Assembly (NCBI GenBank): GCA_036154155.1
Contig: JAYZLP010000012.1
Coordinates: forward strand, 22,393 to 86,392
Direction: 5' to 3'
DNA: 64,000 nt
From: Thermoplasmatota archaeon
GTDB taxonomy: Archaea > Thermoplasmatota > Poseidoniia > Poseidoniales > Thalassarchaeaceae
In this document: piece after piece, positions 1 to 10,112 of the stretch
Layout of the letters: each line of letters opens with the position of its first letter
Numbering within the stretch: the stretch's first letter is position 1
The notes under the pieces: generated by a model
The model's input: the letters and a program-made list of their open reading frames with translations, nothing else
What the model was told of the DNA's origin: nothing
Database searches by the model: none
Translations under genes and position numbers: made by a program

Positions 1-1
1 C

Positions 2-1447
2 CCAGAGACAGTCTCTACAGATTTCGACACCAGCGATAGACTCTACTTCGACCCCCTGTCATTGGAATCAGTCTCAGAGATATTACTACGTGAGAAGGCC
101 CACGGAATCCTCCTCCAATTTGGTGGCCAGACAGCAATCAACCTCGCTTTGCCACTAGCTGACAGCCTTCCCCACTTGTCATCAATGGGGCTTGACCTAG
201 TTATTGAGGGAACTACCCCAGGAGCCGTGGATGAGGCAAGTGACCGTGAGAGATTCGAGGAATTCGCAGATAGAAACGGCCTAAGGATGCCTAGGGGGTC
301 CACCGCAATAGATCCCGAGGGAGTTAGAAGGGCGGTGGCCGAGATTGGCTACCCGGTACTGATTAGGCCGTCTTATGTCCTAGGTGGAAGGGGAATGGAG
401 ATACTTTCTGACAACAGTCAGTTGGATGCATACATGAATGAGGCATACTTGGCACCTGACAGGCCCTTACTTATTGACGAGTACCTAGGAAATGCCGTGG
501 AGCTGGATGTCGATGCCGTATGCGACGGAGAACAAGTATTGGTCGGCGCTATCATGGAGCACCTAGAGGAGGCTGGTATCCATTCTGGCGACTCCACTTG
601 TTTCATACCTCCACAGAACATTTCACAGAGTATCCTATCGGAGGTTGAGGAATGGACCAAGAGAATTGGAATTAGGCTAGGGATTAGGGGATGCTTCAAC
701 ATTCAATATGCAATTCGCGATGAAGTACTCTACGTGCTGGAGGTCAATCCAAGGGGGTCCAGAACATTCCCCTTTGTTGCAAAGGCCACAGGCGTCCCTC
801 TGGCCAGGATTGCAGCCAGGCTAGCATTGGGGGAGAAGCTCTCCGATCTAGAAATCCCCGAACCTCAGACGGAAGCAGTCTGCGTCAAGGCACCAGTTTT
901 CCCATTCATCAAACTAAGGGGGCTCGATCCGGCCCCGGGACCAGAGATGAAATCAACCGGCGAAGTCATGGGGTCCCACGTCAGACCAGCAGCAGCTTAT
1001 CTCAAAGCGAGACTTGCAACAGAGCTTCCCGTTCCGACTACCGGTGGCGTGTACATCACCGTGAAGGATGAGGACAAGCACGAAATGATAGAATTGGCCA
1101 GAAGACTTCACGATTTGGGATTCCGTTTGCATGCCACCAGAGGTACAGCGAGGGTTCTTCGCGAAGTAGGCGGAATAGAGGTTGAGACTTGCTATAGGAT
1201 AGCTGAGAGAATGTCCCCCGACGCTCTTGACCTGATGAGGAAGGGGATGATTCAGTTGGTAATTAACACCCCTCGTTCTACAGGGGGAGCTGTATTGGAC
1301 GGGAATATGATGAGAAGACTAGCTGTAGAGTTGAACATCCCCTTCGTCACCACTATGGCAGGAGCAAGGATGGAGGTAGAGGCGATTGCCGAGATGCAGA
1401 TCGGCACCCCAGAACCCAGGCTGCTGGAAATCGCCACTCTGAGCTAA
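2..1447 (+). CDS. carB: Carbamoyl-phosphate synthase large subunit, C-terminal part (5' end lies upstream of window)
   Basis: Frame is open from nt 2. Translation ...TDFDTSDRLYFDPLS...LLQFGGQTAINLALPL... matches the second ATP-grasp half plus the C-terminal MGS-like domain of CarB. Confidence 0.85.
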   Translation, partial: PETVSTDFDTSDRLYFDPLSLESVSEILLREKAHGILLQFGGQTAINLALPLADSLPHLSSMGLDLVIEGTTPGAVDEASDRERFEEFADRNGLRMPRGSTAIDPEGVRRAVAEIGYPVLIRPSYVLGGRGMEILSDNSQLDAYMNEAYLAPDRPLLIDEYLGNAVELDVDAVCDGEQVLVGAIMEHLEEAGIHSGDSTCFIPPQNISQSILSEVEEWTKRIGIRLGIRGCFNIQYAIRDEVLYVLEVNPRGSRTFPFVAKATGVPLARIAARLALGEKLSDLEIPEPQTEAVCVKAPVFPFIKLRGLDPAPGPEMKSTGEVMGSHVRPAAAYLKARLATELPVPTTGGVYITVKDEDKHEMIELARRLHDLGFRLHATRGTARVLREVGGIEVETCYRIAERMSPDALDLMRKGMIQLVINTPRSTGGAVLDGNMMRRLAVELNIPFVTTMAGARMEVEAIAEMQIGTPEPRLLEIATLS

Positions 1448-1449
1448 TC

Positions 1450-2208
1450 TTAATCGATGAAAACCCTCGATGAGATTTCCTCCAGGGATACCTCACAGAA
1501 TTCCCCCTCTCTAAGATTGTAATCAGATAACTCCATGCCACCCGTGGATTTTCGGTGTAGGCTAAGCACCACATTTCCCAAAGCCTCGAAGATCCTCCTG
1601 ACTTCCCTCTTCCTTCCCTCTTCGATGGTAAGTAAGGCACTATATTCACCTTCCAAGGAAATTTTCGCCTTCTTCGAAATATAATTCTCGCTCTTCTCAC
1701 CATCTGAAATTGAGATTCTGACGCCATTCCTGATCGACATGGCCTGTTCTTCGTCTATTGCCGACTGAGTTTCGACTCTGTACGTCTTGCCCACGCCTCC
1801 CTTTGGATCGGTGATTCTATGGGCAATTTTTCCGTCGGTTGTAACTAGAAGGAAGCCCGTGGTTCCCTCATCAAGCCTCCCTACAGTTACCAGTGAATGA
1901 AACGTCTTGGGATCGAGGGCGTCTCTGAAAATCTCGAAGACCGAAGTCTTGCCAAGCTCAGCCTCTTGTTCGTTAAGTCTTGAGCAGATTACGCCAGCCG
2001 GCTTATTGAGTAGGAAATATTTGTCCTCGCCGAGAAGTTCGATAAGCTCCCCATCGAACGAAACAACCCTCTTCTTCGGGTTGAAATCATATGCTATATC
2101 CTTGACAATTTTCCCATTTACGGTAACACGGCCACTCCATATCGCATTCTTCACATCGTTTTTTGACTTGAAGGCCCCAGACTTTGAAAGGAACTGGTGA
2201 AGCCTCAT
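1450..2208 (-). CDS. RNA pseudouridine synthase (RsuA/RluB family) with N-terminal S4 domain
   Basis: S4-like N-terminus (MRLHQFLSKSGAFKSKNDVKNAIWSGRVTVNG). Catalytic motif GRLDxxTTGFLLVTTDG is typical of the RsuA family. Confidence 0.75.
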   Translation of the reverse strand: MRLHQFLSKSGAFKSKNDVKNAIWSGRVTVNGKIVKDIAYDFNPKKRVVSFDGELIELLGEDKYFLLNKPAGVICSRLNEQEAELGKTSVFEIFRDALDPKTFHSLVTVGRLDEGTTGFLLVTTDGKIAHRITDPKGGVGKTYRVETQSAIDEEQAMSIRNGVRISISDGEKSENYISKKAKISLEGEYSALLTIEEGRKREVRRIFEALGNVVLSLHRKSTGGMELSDYNLREGEFCEVSLEEISSRVFID

Positions 2209-2230
2209 CTAATCCACGCCCATATTATTT

Positions 2231-2647
2231 TCAATCTATCCTGAATGTACACACCTCGGGCCTTGCGAAGAACCGATGCCTGTTTCTTGCAACTAAGTCG
2301 TAGGCCATGTCTCTAATTGGAAGTGGTACCAACCAAAGAATTGGGAACCAAATTTTCCAATGCCACTTAAGGTACAGTAGGCACCTAATAGCCGCAGAAG
2401 ATTTCACGAAAACTTCCTCCCCTCTGAAAAGATAGACAGTATCTGTCTCCCTTTTCCAAATCTCCATCCCTGAAATCAACTCTTCCCCCTCTTTGGAAGC
2501 TATTTCCCTGTATGCTATGTCTGCCTCCTTGTGTAATCTGGGATCCATGAAATTAGCCAGCCCGTGGCATAGGCCGCAGTCTCCATCCAATAGGAGGGCA
2601 TCTCGACCCTCTGAAATATGCAAGTTCAGACCTCCTCTGCCGACCAA
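2231..2647 (-). CDS. DCC1-like thiol-disulfide oxidoreductase family protein (DUF393)
   Basis: N-terminal LDGDCGLCHG matches the conserved DGxCxLC motif of the DUF393/YuxK family. Length is 138 aa. Confidence 0.55.
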   Translation of the reverse strand: MVGRGGLNLHISEGRDALLLDGDCGLCHGLANFMDPRLHKEADIAYREIASKEGEELISGMEIWKRETDTVYLFRGEEVFVKSSAAIRCLLYLKWHWKIWFPILWLVPLPIRDMAYDLVARNRHRFFARPEVCTFRID

Positions 2648-3351
2648 GTATGAACCAGAACTCCCTCTGACATGTGGACCAAATCAGGTTTCAGTAAATC
2701 CTCGATCCCTAAGTCATAAATCCCGGTCAGCGAGTTTGAATTAATCGAAGCCCGGCCTTCTCTGAACTTCCACGGGTCATGCTGTGTATGTGCGATGCAG
2801 AGCTTTCCCCTGTGGACCGTGTAGAGGCAATATCTCTCAAATAGAAATTCTTCGAGAGTGCCCTTTTCAGCCTCTCTAACTTCTCCAATTGCCTTGCATG
2901 TCCCCTGTATGCCAACTCCTCCATCCTTCCTCTCGCTATTCCAACTGTAGGTCCATCCATCGACGTCCAATCTGGCTTTGCAATATCTGTATGGCAACCC
3001 ATAAGCCCATGGGGCATAGTTGCAGGTTACTAGGCTCTGCGCGTCAAGCGTGATAAAAAGAACACCAGATCTACCTCCCTTTGTCACGTATGTCCTGATA
3101 TTGAATTCTGGGAAAGTAGAAATCCAGGGGACACTGAAAGTAAGCCTAGGTCTTACGTTCGTCATCATGAAGGGTATCGTACCAACATACGCTTTCCCCT
3201 CAAAGGTATCCAACTGGAGGCCTTCTGGGATGTAGGGGGCAAGCCTCTCAGGATCCACTTCCCAGTGGAGGAAACTTAGGTTCCTCCATTCCTGAATTAG
3301 TGCATGACTTCTGGGTGGCATTGGGAATGGAAGGTGATCAGTTCTCATCAA
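2626..3351 (-). CDS. Conserved hypothetical protein, DUF2071 (YqjF-like) family
   Basis: 241 aa with global resemblance (WEVDPERLAPYIPEGLQLDTFEGKAYVGTIPF...) to the DUF2071 family. Overlaps the downstream DCC-like gene by 22 nt on the same strand. Confidence 0.45.
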   Translation of the reverse strand: MMRTDHLPFPMPPRSHALIQEWRNLSFLHWEVDPERLAPYIPEGLQLDTFEGKAYVGTIPFMMTNVRPRLTFSVPWISTFPEFNIRTYVTKGGRSGVLFITLDAQSLVTCNYAPWAYGLPYRYCKARLDVDGWTYSWNSERKDGGVGIQGTCKAIGEVREAEKGTLEEFLFERYCLYTVHRGKLCIAHTQHDPWKFREGRASINSNSLTGIYDLGIEDLLKPDLVHMSEGVLVHTWSAEEV

Positions 3352-3360
3352 GACACCCCT

Positions 3361-4935
3361 TCAGATGCTAGAAACGACCCCAATTAGAGAATCTCTATCC
3401 ATCTCGGCCATCAGGGAACTGATTCTCGGGCCATAGTCCCTTCCAAGTATTACTAGATATAGCGATACGTACGCTTGCCTGTTACTAAGCCCCGAATCAG
3501 ATGCAGATGAACGGACTGTTTCACTGATCGCATCCTCGTCCCAGTTGCAAGACTCAAGCCTCCGGGCTAGTAATTCAAGGAAGGAACGAGATTCTTCGTC
3601 GATTTGGGACCGGGCTTCCTCTCCTACCTCGCTCTGGATGACGATCCTTGACCCTTCGGGAAAATGTTCCCCGCCTATCCAGCTCCTCATCTTCTCCAGC
3701 CTACTTCTCAATGAAGTACCCGGCTCACCTGAAAGATGCCCACTCCTCCTTAGTGAACTCCAGACACTGTCGTCGTCCGACTTTATCTGGGCTAGCATTG
3801 AGAGATGCCTGAATGATACGCCTCCAACTGAATCAGAAGGATCCGAGTCCCGAGAAACTTGGCTAAGCCTCATCGCACCCCTACGGGTCTCTAATGAGAT
3901 CCTCTTCCTCTTGCTCATTCCCTCTTCTTCATTGGGGGGATTTGAAACTAGACGTTCGTATTCATCGGCCGTAAGAAACATCATTGCCCCAGTGTCGAAC
4001 TCAATATGACGATTCATTTTGCTTCTAGCAATGACATATCGAAGAATTTCTGGAGGAACTATGGAAAGCGCTTCCATCGGGCCTATGGTCACCCCAGCAG
4101 AACTTGACATTGGCCCCATCCCTTTGAGCTGAATCCACTCATAGACCATCTTTTCAGGCGGGTTTCCGCCTAGAAGTTTGCAAATCGGTATTCCTGTGTC
4201 ATAGCTACCTCCAGCAGCGCCATGGTCCTTGCCTGCCGGCTCACAAGTTACGCCATGTATCGCCCATCTTGCTGCCCAATCTATCCTCCAGGGCATCTTC
4301 CCCTCAGCTAGCCTGATGTCTGATTTACCTTCGACCCCCTGCCCGTCTATCCAATGGACGAACGGTCTATCGTATCCCGTCACTTTGACTCCGTCCAGAC
4401 TACCGTTCGAACCGATTGGACTGTATGGGAACCAGTCCTCGGGAAGCTCCCTGCCAGAGACCGATTCTATGATTCCGTGAATCTCTTCCCTATTCGTTAT
4501 TGCAAGGTCAATCATTTCCGCAAATTCGCCGTTTTGGTAAGTCTCATGATTCATTATTACTTCAGGCTCGACCCCAATTTGCTTGAGTGCTTCAAGGAAA
4601 GGGCGAAGGAAGAATTCGGCATAACTGCCCCCTTCTGGATTGGGCTCACCATCATCTCCAGGGGCCGGGATATTCGCCAATGGAACGCCAATGTAGGATT
4701 CGTAGGAGGGGGAAAGGAAGTCATAGACTCTACGAAGGGGATCCATCGAGTCGACAATGAAAACATATCTAGATTCGAGACCAAAGTCCAGGCAGGCTCT
4801 ATGAATCATCTCTGCAGATAGAATCTCCCTGAGGTGTCCAATGTGAAATTCCCCTGAGGGGGTAATCCCGGATACCACTACCTGTGGGCCCTCTCGTTCG
4901 GAGAGCTTCCGTGCTGCAAAGTCCGCCCAGTGCAT
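3361..4935 (-). CDS. lysK: Lysyl-tRNA synthetase, class I (archaeal type)
   Basis: HIGH motif GITPSGEFHIGHLREIL near the N-terminus. Length 524 aa and overall similarity fit class I LysRS. Confidence 0.85.
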   Translation of the reverse strand: MHWADFAARKLSEREGPQVVVSGITPSGEFHIGHLREILSAEMIHRACLDFGLESRYVFIVDSMDPLRRVYDFLSPSYESYIGVPLANIPAPGDDGEPNPEGGSYAEFFLRPFLEALKQIGVEPEVIMNHETYQNGEFAEMIDLAITNREEIHGIIESVSGRELPEDWFPYSPIGSNGSLDGVKVTGYDRPFVHWIDGQGVEGKSDIRLAEGKMPWRIDWAARWAIHGVTCEPAGKDHGAAGGSYDTGIPICKLLGGNPPEKMVYEWIQLKGMGPMSSSAGVTIGPMEALSIVPPEILRYVIARSKMNRHIEFDTGAMMFLTADEYERLVSNPPNEEEGMSKRKRISLETRRGAMRLSQVSRDSDPSDSVGGVSFRHLSMLAQIKSDDDSVWSSLRRSGHLSGEPGTSLRSRLEKMRSWIGGEHFPEGSRIVIQSEVGEEARSQIDEESRSFLELLARRLESCNWDEDAISETVRSSASDSGLSNRQAYVSLYLVILGRDYGPRISSLMAEMDRDSLIGVVSSI

Positions 4936-4944
4936 CCCTCTTCC

Positions 4945-5526
4945 TCAGACGGTCACCACTCTGACAAGGCCTCTGAGAGGTACCCCTTCTATCTCATTCC
5001 TGTGCGACTTGTTAGCTAGGACCAAACAGAGCTTAACGTCAGCTCCTGCCGCCCTAAGGTTGTTCACAGTCTTGGTCATGGTTGTTCCCCCAGATAGGAC
5101 GTCGTCAACGACGACACATCGCTTGCCTTCAACATCCGCAAACACCTCTGAGATGTGCCCGCCTCCATCGTCACTGATGCTTCGGCTGATCGCGATATCT
5201 AGGTCTAATTGCCCCCCGACCGCTTGTGCGAAAGCGATACCGTTGATACTGATTCCAACTACGGTGTCAACATCTTCGCCTATCTCCTCCTCAATAATAT
5301 CGCAGAAAACGTATGATATGGCCTCAATTCTTCCAGCCTTAACGGCTATCGATCTCCATCCAACTCTGATGTCTTCGGGGCGATCGTCGGACCCGACCCC
5401 TCCTGAGGAGAGCCATTTGATTGTAGTCTGCGAAAGGGACATCTCATCCGCTATCTGTTGGGTGTTGAGCCCATCCGAGCGATATTGCTCGACTTTGGCT
5501 CGTAATTCGTCGACACTGCTCGTCAT
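4945..5526 (-). CDS. PyrE-like phosphoribosyltransferase-domain protein with N-terminal HTH (GfcR-type regulator family)
   Basis: PRTase fold motif VVVDDVLSGGTTM plus an N-terminal HTH-like segment (LNTQQIADEMSLSQTTIKWL). Start chosen at the internal M (MTSSVDEL); the ORF track extends to 5715. Confidence 0.65.
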   Translation of the reverse strand: MTSSVDELRAKVEQYRSDGLNTQQIADEMSLSQTTIKWLSSGGVGSDDRPEDIRVGWRSIAVKAGRIEAISYVFCDIIEEEIGEDVDTVVGISINGIAFAQAVGGQLDLDIAISRSISDDGGGHISEVFADVEGKRCVVVDDVLSGGTTMTKTVNNLRAAGADVKLCLVLANKSHRNEIEGVPLRGLVRVVTV

Positions 5527-5599
5527 CGCCCTTTCCCCCACTACGGTTGCTATGAACCTATTGAGAATAGAATATGGGAAAACGTTGGTTATATTGTAA

Positions 5600-6037
5600 T
5601 TAGAAACGACCGGTACTGCCGAATCCGCCCTCGCCTCTTTCGGTCTCACCGAGTCCACTTTCCTCAACTTCTCTGAACGTGATCTCCGGAATCGGAGAAA
5701 TGAGCAATTGAGCAATCCTCTCGCCTGCCCTAACCGTATAGGAGTCCCCTTCTCCGATCCATGTCATGAGTACGAATAGCTCCCCCCTGTAGTCCGCATC
5801 AATCGTGCCTATGCTATGGGGGAGAATCAATCCTTTTGACCCCAAAGATGAGCGTGCTCTGACTTGCCCCTCGAATCCAACCGGAATCGCCACCTTCAGG
5901 CCGGTCCGCAATTTCACACTCTTCCTGAAAGGCACAACCGAGTCTTCAAGGGCGTAAAGATCCCAGCCGGCAGCGTGTTCGCTACCCATGGTAGGAAGCC
6001 TCGCGCCTTCTTCGGTCCTAGCTACTTTGACCTCCAT
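5600..6037 (-). CDS. dut: dUTP diphosphatase (dUTPase)
   Basis: Motif GTIDADYRGEL and ...SEHAAGWDLYA... are typical of dUTPase. Start set at MEVKVAR; in-frame alternatives upstream reach 6139. Confidence 0.75.
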   Translation of the reverse strand: MEVKVARTEEGARLPTMGSEHAAGWDLYALEDSVVPFRKSVKLRTGLKVAIPVGFEGQVRARSSLGSKGLILPHSIGTIDADYRGELFVLMTWIGEGDSYTVRAGERIAQLLISPIPEITFREVEESGLGETERGEGGFGSTGRF

Positions 6038-6138
6038 TGCCCCACCCATGTCACTCCCAACAGGCATCCTCACTTTGACCTTGCCTGAGCGAGAGTCCCT
6101 CCGGTGAGGTGAAAAGGGACCCAAGCTTCGGCAATCCA

Positions 6139-6549
6139 ATGACGGGTTTCGACTACGAGGAGCTTCTGGACCGGGCGCGAGACAGAATACCCGAGGGACT
6201 CAGCCAGAGATCACGTTGGACAATGCCAGAACCAGAAATCATGATTGAGGGCAGCCAGACCATTCTTCGAAACTTCTCCGATGTCGTGGATGCCATGGAC
6301 AGGGACTCAAATCACGTCTACCAGTTTCTGCTGAATGAATTAGGAACTTCTGGCACTAGGGAGCAATCGCGAATCATGCTCAAGGGCCGGGTACCGCCAA
6401 AGAGGATAAAGGAGAAACTAGTCAGTTATGTCAAGACCTACATCATATGTAATCAGTGCAAAGCACCAGATACAAGGTTCATCAAAGAGGATCGAACAAC
6501 TCTGTTAAAGTGCCAAGCATGTGGTGCCACTAGGCCAGTCAGGCTCTAG
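6139..6549 (+). CDS. eif2b: Translation initiation factor aIF-2 beta subunit
   Basis: MTGFDYEELLDRARDRIPE N-terminus and C-terminal zinc ribbon CNQCKAPDTRFIKEDRTTLLKCQACG are typical of aIF2-beta. Start set at the internal M. Confidence 0.85.
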   Translation: MTGFDYEELLDRARDRIPEGLSQRSRWTMPEPEIMIEGSQTILRNFSDVVDAMDRDSNHVYQFLLNELGTSGTREQSRIMLKGRVPPKRIKEKLVSYVKTYIICNQCKAPDTRFIKEDRTTLLKCQACGATRPVRL

Positions 6550-7582
6550 AACTCGGGGAGAAGTCTAGGAGAATCTTTCCGCGATTCTTACGGTCATGCA
6601 TGTGCATTTGCGCCTTTGCAACATCTTCGAATCTCCAAACCGAGTCGATAATTGGATCGATCTGCCGCTTTAGCAACATTTCGGACAGTGTAGATAGATG
6701 CCCCTTGAAAATTGACTCGTCATCCAGGAGCCCCATGTGGACTCCGAAAACCGCCTTGTTGCTGCTCATCATCTTTAGTGGGTCGAAACTGGGAGTATTC
6801 CTCCACATTCTCAGAGCGGTAATGACAGATCGCTTGTCGCCCTTTACGGCATTAGACGCACCGAAGAAATACAACTTTCCACCTCTCCTCAGAGCCTTGT
6901 ATGATTTCATCAGATTGTTCCCCCCCACTGGGTCCAAAGCGTGGTGAACTCCCTTGCCGCCAGTCAATTCCTTGCAGACACTGACGAAGTCCTCTGAGCC
7001 ACTGTCAACAAATTTGACGCCCATTGATTCCACAAATTCCTTCTTTGGCTTGGAAGCGGTGCCTATCACCAATGAAGCCCCATAGGATTTGCAAATCTGC
7101 GCGACCGCCGTTCCAACCCCTCCTGCAGCGTGGTGGACCAGCACTGTGTCTCCTTCGGCAATTCGGCCTAGGTGTACAAGCATGTGGAAGGCAGTACCGT
7201 AAGTCACAGGGATTGCAGCCGCTTGATCGTAAGTCACCGAGTCTGGTAGTTTGATCACCCTGTTCGAATCAAGAACTACCTGCTCCGAGTAACCTCCAAA
7301 ACCAGTCATAGCGAGAACCCTGTCCCCACAAGACAGGGAGCTAACTTCACTACCTATTTCCAAGATCTCGCCTGAGGCCTCATAGCCCGGCGTGAACGGA
7401 GGGTCCGGATTTGATCCATATAGCCCCTGCCTCATCATTAGGTCAGCGAAGTTAATGCCAGCCCTATGCACCCTCACTCTAACTTGATTAGGCCCTGGAA
7501 CGGGTTCTGGACACTCAATTATCTCAATAGAGTCAACCCCCCCGGTTCTTGGATAGACAACCTTTCTCATATCTCTCACCAC
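6539..7582 (-). CDS. Zinc-binding dehydrogenase / NADPH:quinone oxidoreductase (MDR superfamily)
   Basis: GINFADLMMRQGLY and the AAGGVGTA nucleotide-binding motif match the Qor-like MDR family. Length 347 aa. Confidence 0.75.
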   Translation of the reverse strand: MVRDMRKVVYPRTGGVDSIEIIECPEPVPGPNQVRVRVHRAGINFADLMMRQGLYGSNPDPPFTPGYEASGEILEIGSEVSSLSCGDRVLAMTGFGGYSEQVVLDSNRVIKLPDSVTYDQAAAIPVTYGTAFHMLVHLGRIAEGDTVLVHHAAGGVGTAVAQICKSYGASLVIGTASKPKKEFVESMGVKFVDSGSEDFVSVCKELTGGKGVHHALDPVGGNNLMKSYKALRRGGKLYFFGASNAVKGDKRSVITALRMWRNTPSFDPLKMMSSNKAVFGVHMGLLDDESIFKGHLSTLSEMLLKRQIDPIIDSVWRFEDVAKAQMHMHDRKNRGKILLDFSPSSRA

Positions 7583-7604
7583 GACAAAATTTCTCCGTTT
7601 ATGA

Positions 7605-8171
7605 CTAAGGAAGGTAGGACCTTATTTCTTCAATGACCTTCTTGCTCTTTGAGGGTATTTCCTCTGGGTACCCTATTTTGATGAACCCAATTATTCTCTC
7701 TTCGCCCCTAGTGGCTCCTATTGTTGAATATGCGAGATCAGAACGAGTAATCGCTCCTGTGCTCCATTGGGAACCTATCCCATTCCCCCAGAGTGATAGG
7801 ATCATATTGTGTGTTGCACAGACGGTAGCAGCGTAGTCCTCCTCTTCCCTAAAACTGTCATCAGGGCTCAATGCCGTCGTAACGCAAATTAGTACTGGTG
7901 GAGACAAAATCTTACTGATCGCCCTATTTACTGCTTCAGTCGAATCCTCTCCTTCTTTGCACTTCTTTGCGGCTAGGCTCTCAATTTCAGGGATTAGCGC
8001 CTTCCGGGAATCCTCTCCCATAACGTAGAATTTCCATGGATGAGTATTCTTGTGACACGGTGCATTCCTCGCCGCCTCAAAACCCATCTCCAGGAATTCA
8101 GGATCGACTTCCTTACTGCTGTACCTGTATATGGTTCTCCTAGAGGTAATTGTGTCCTGGACATGGCTCAT
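7605..8171 (-). CDS. Nitroreductase family protein
   Basis: RRTIYRYSSKEVDPEFLEMGFEAARNAPCHKNTHPWKFYV matches the nitroreductase N-terminal FMN-binding signature. Confidence 0.7.
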   Translation of the reverse strand: MSHVQDTITSRRTIYRYSSKEVDPEFLEMGFEAARNAPCHKNTHPWKFYVMGEDSRKALIPEIESLAAKKCKEGEDSTEAVNRAISKILSPPVLICVTTALSPDDSFREEEDYAATVCATHNMILSLWGNGIGSQWSTGAITRSDLAYSTIGATRGEERIIGFIKIGYPEEIPSKSKKVIEEIRSYLP

Positions 8172-8176
8172 TCAAA

Positions 8177-8521
8177 TCACCGCTCGATTCTATCGAACTT
8201 TGCAGCCAGATAGAAATCGGACTCTGTTAGGCCATCAATCTTGTGAGTCCAAATCTTCGCCTTCACCATCCCCCAGCCGACTTCAAAGTCCGCATGGTGC
8301 CCTTCGTCCTCGCAAATCCCTCCGGCCAGATTTACGAATACCAGGGCAGAAGCAAAGTCAGGAAAGCCCCACTCTCTCTGAAGATGGTGGTTATCGATAA
8401 CCCGCCAGTCTTGGCTCAGTCCCGGCAAAAGTTCGGAAATCTGCCCCTCCGTGAGGGATGGCTGCCCACCCTCGCAGGCCAAGCACCTCTTGTCAGCAAG
8501 GTCTTCCATAGTCATCCCCAC
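8177..8521 (-). CDS. Pterin-4a-carbinolamine dehydratase (PCD/DCoH)
   Basis: 114 aa. EWGFPDFASALVFVNLAGGICEDEGHHADFEVGWGMVKAKIWTHKIDGLTESDFYLAAK matches the PCD family, including the HHP/HHA-type core. Confidence 0.8.
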   Translation of the reverse strand: MGMTMEDLADKRCLACEGGQPSLTEGQISELLPGLSQDWRVIDNHHLQREWGFPDFASALVFVNLAGGICEDEGHHADFEVGWGMVKAKIWTHKIDGLTESDFYLAAKFDRIER

Positions 8522-8964
8522 AGATTGTTGTCCCGTCTTCCATCAGCCATCTGTTCAGCTTTCTCCTGCATCATGGAACGACGACGCATATCTTCCTTCT
8601 CGAATTTCATCATCTCCTTGTCCTCAAGGTAAGGAAGCCTCATGTGTGCGAGTAGTCGAACTTCTACAATCACGTCTCTGGCTATTGACCTGAAGGAGCC
8701 ACTCTCATCCATAATTTCTACAGCATTCCTGGTTGTCCCTAGTAACATTCCTCTGACCCAGTTATCGGAGCCCTTGGGAAGGGCACGAGAATCAATCAAT
8801 ATCTCTAGGAGATCATCCTTCCTCAGGCCCGCCCTCCTTTCAGAAAGAGGGCCATGGAAAACATCCTGAAGTTCATCCAAAGAAGGCGAACCGTGGGCTT
8901 CGTGAATTTTTCGAGCCCAATCTGGCAGACTGCTCTCCATGTCTCCTCCCTCAATGTCTGGCAT
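8512..8964 (-). CDS. Hypothetical protein
   Basis: 150-aa ORF in a compact co-directional gene string. No motif recognised. Confidence 0.4.
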   Translation of the reverse strand: MPDIEGGDMESSLPDWARKIHEAHGSPSLDELQDVFHGPLSERRAGLRKDDLLEILIDSRALPKGSDNWVRGMLLGTTRNAVEIMDESGSFRSIARDVIVEVRLLAHMRLPYLEDKEMMKFEKEDMRRRSMMQEKAEQMADGRRDNNLWG

Positions 8965-9074
8965 GCCCCTCCGTAGGGTATGTCATAGAAAAGGGGTGTG
9001 TTTCGATTATCGAATAATAATGCGAACTGCTCACTTGAAGAGGGATGGTTACCGCGAAGCGGCCGAGGGGTTAC

Positions 9075-10112
9075 ATGGCATCGGTAGAGTGGCGCAGGAT
9101 TCCAACCGTCCTCAGGACCGATGAGATTCTGGATAAGGCGTTTAGACGCGCCAGCAAGCAACCCGACACTGTAGAGGATCCAGACAAGTACCATAGGGTC
9201 CGTAAGCAGATGAACAAGATGGTGCAGTCTGCAGCTTCCGTTATCGACTCAACGTTGATTGCATATGTGGAATTGTGGCCTAGCCTGAATGCCCTCTCGC
9301 CCTTTGATCAGGCATTAGTGGATGCGGCCGTAGGTAATGACGAATATAGGAGGAGTTTGGGGACAATTCAGTGGGCGGCCGAAAGAGTCAGATCCATTGC
9401 TGGAGATACCCAGAGGAAGATTCTGAGGCTACGGGACGTTGATGGATTCCATCAAGCCAGAAGGGCTGCTTATGGGAGATTCTCCTCAATTCTAGACCAG
9501 GTTTCCCCTGAGATAGAGTGGCTTGGAGCTGCGCGCGACACATTGAGGTCGCTCCCCTCGATCGATTCCATGGAGCCATGTATCGTGGTCGCCGGCTCTC
9601 CAAATGTCGGAAAATCAGCCCTAATAACGGCATTGTCCAGCGGCGAGCCTGAGGTCGCCGCGTACCCCTTTACGACTAAGCAGTTGCACTTGGGGCATTT
9701 CACACACAGGAGGAGAAAGTACCAGATGGTAGACACCCCGGGTCTTCTCGACCGTCCAATGTCAGAAAGAAACAGCATAGAGATGCAAGCCATTGCGGCC
9801 TTGGAGAATGTGGGAGATGTGCTCCTCTTCCTCATTGACCCTACGGACTCAGCAACAACGCCCATTGAGGAACAGGAACATCTCCTGCAAGAGGTCAGGG
9901 GACTTATTTCCGAGAGGCCAATTCTAGTTGTTCACAGCAAGTCAGACCTCTATCAGTCGCCACCGGAGGGGACCACTCTGATGGTTAGCGCCGAGAGCGG
10001 GGAAGGGGTCGAGGAACTACGCTCCATACTGGTGGAGATGATAGCAGCAGACGAGGTATTAGACCCACTAAATCTTCCAGAGAATTGGCCCAGAGAGGAT
10101 ACTCTGGAGTAA
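9075..10112 (+). CDS. Nog1-family GTPase (archaeal)
   Basis: G1 motif IVVAGSPNVGKSALI and G3 DTPGLLDRP. N-terminal region (IPTVLRTDEILDKAFRRASK) matches the NOG1 N-terminal domain. Start set at MASVEW. Confidence 0.8.
   Translation: MASVEWRRIPTVLRTDEILDKAFRRASKQPDTVEDPDKYHRVRKQMNKMVQSAASVIDSTLIAYVELWPSLNALSPFDQALVDAAVGNDEYRRSLGTIQWAAERVRSIAGDTQRKILRLRDVDGFHQARRAAYGRFSSILDQVSPEIEWLGAARDTLRSLPSIDSMEPCIVVAGSPNVGKSALITALSSGEPEVAAYPFTTKQLHLGHFTHRRRKYQMVDTPGLLDRPMSERNSIEMQAIAALENVGDVLLFLIDPTDSATTPIEEQEHLLQEVRGLISERPILVVHSKSDLYQSPPEGTTLMVSAESGEGVEELRSILVEMIAADEVLDPLNLPENWPREDTLE

Noticed and set aside
5009-5599. 196-aa plus-strand ORF antisense to the PyrE-like gene
   Set aside because: Low-complexity Ser/Thr/Pro-rich translation, fully contained in a motif-supported gene on the other strand.
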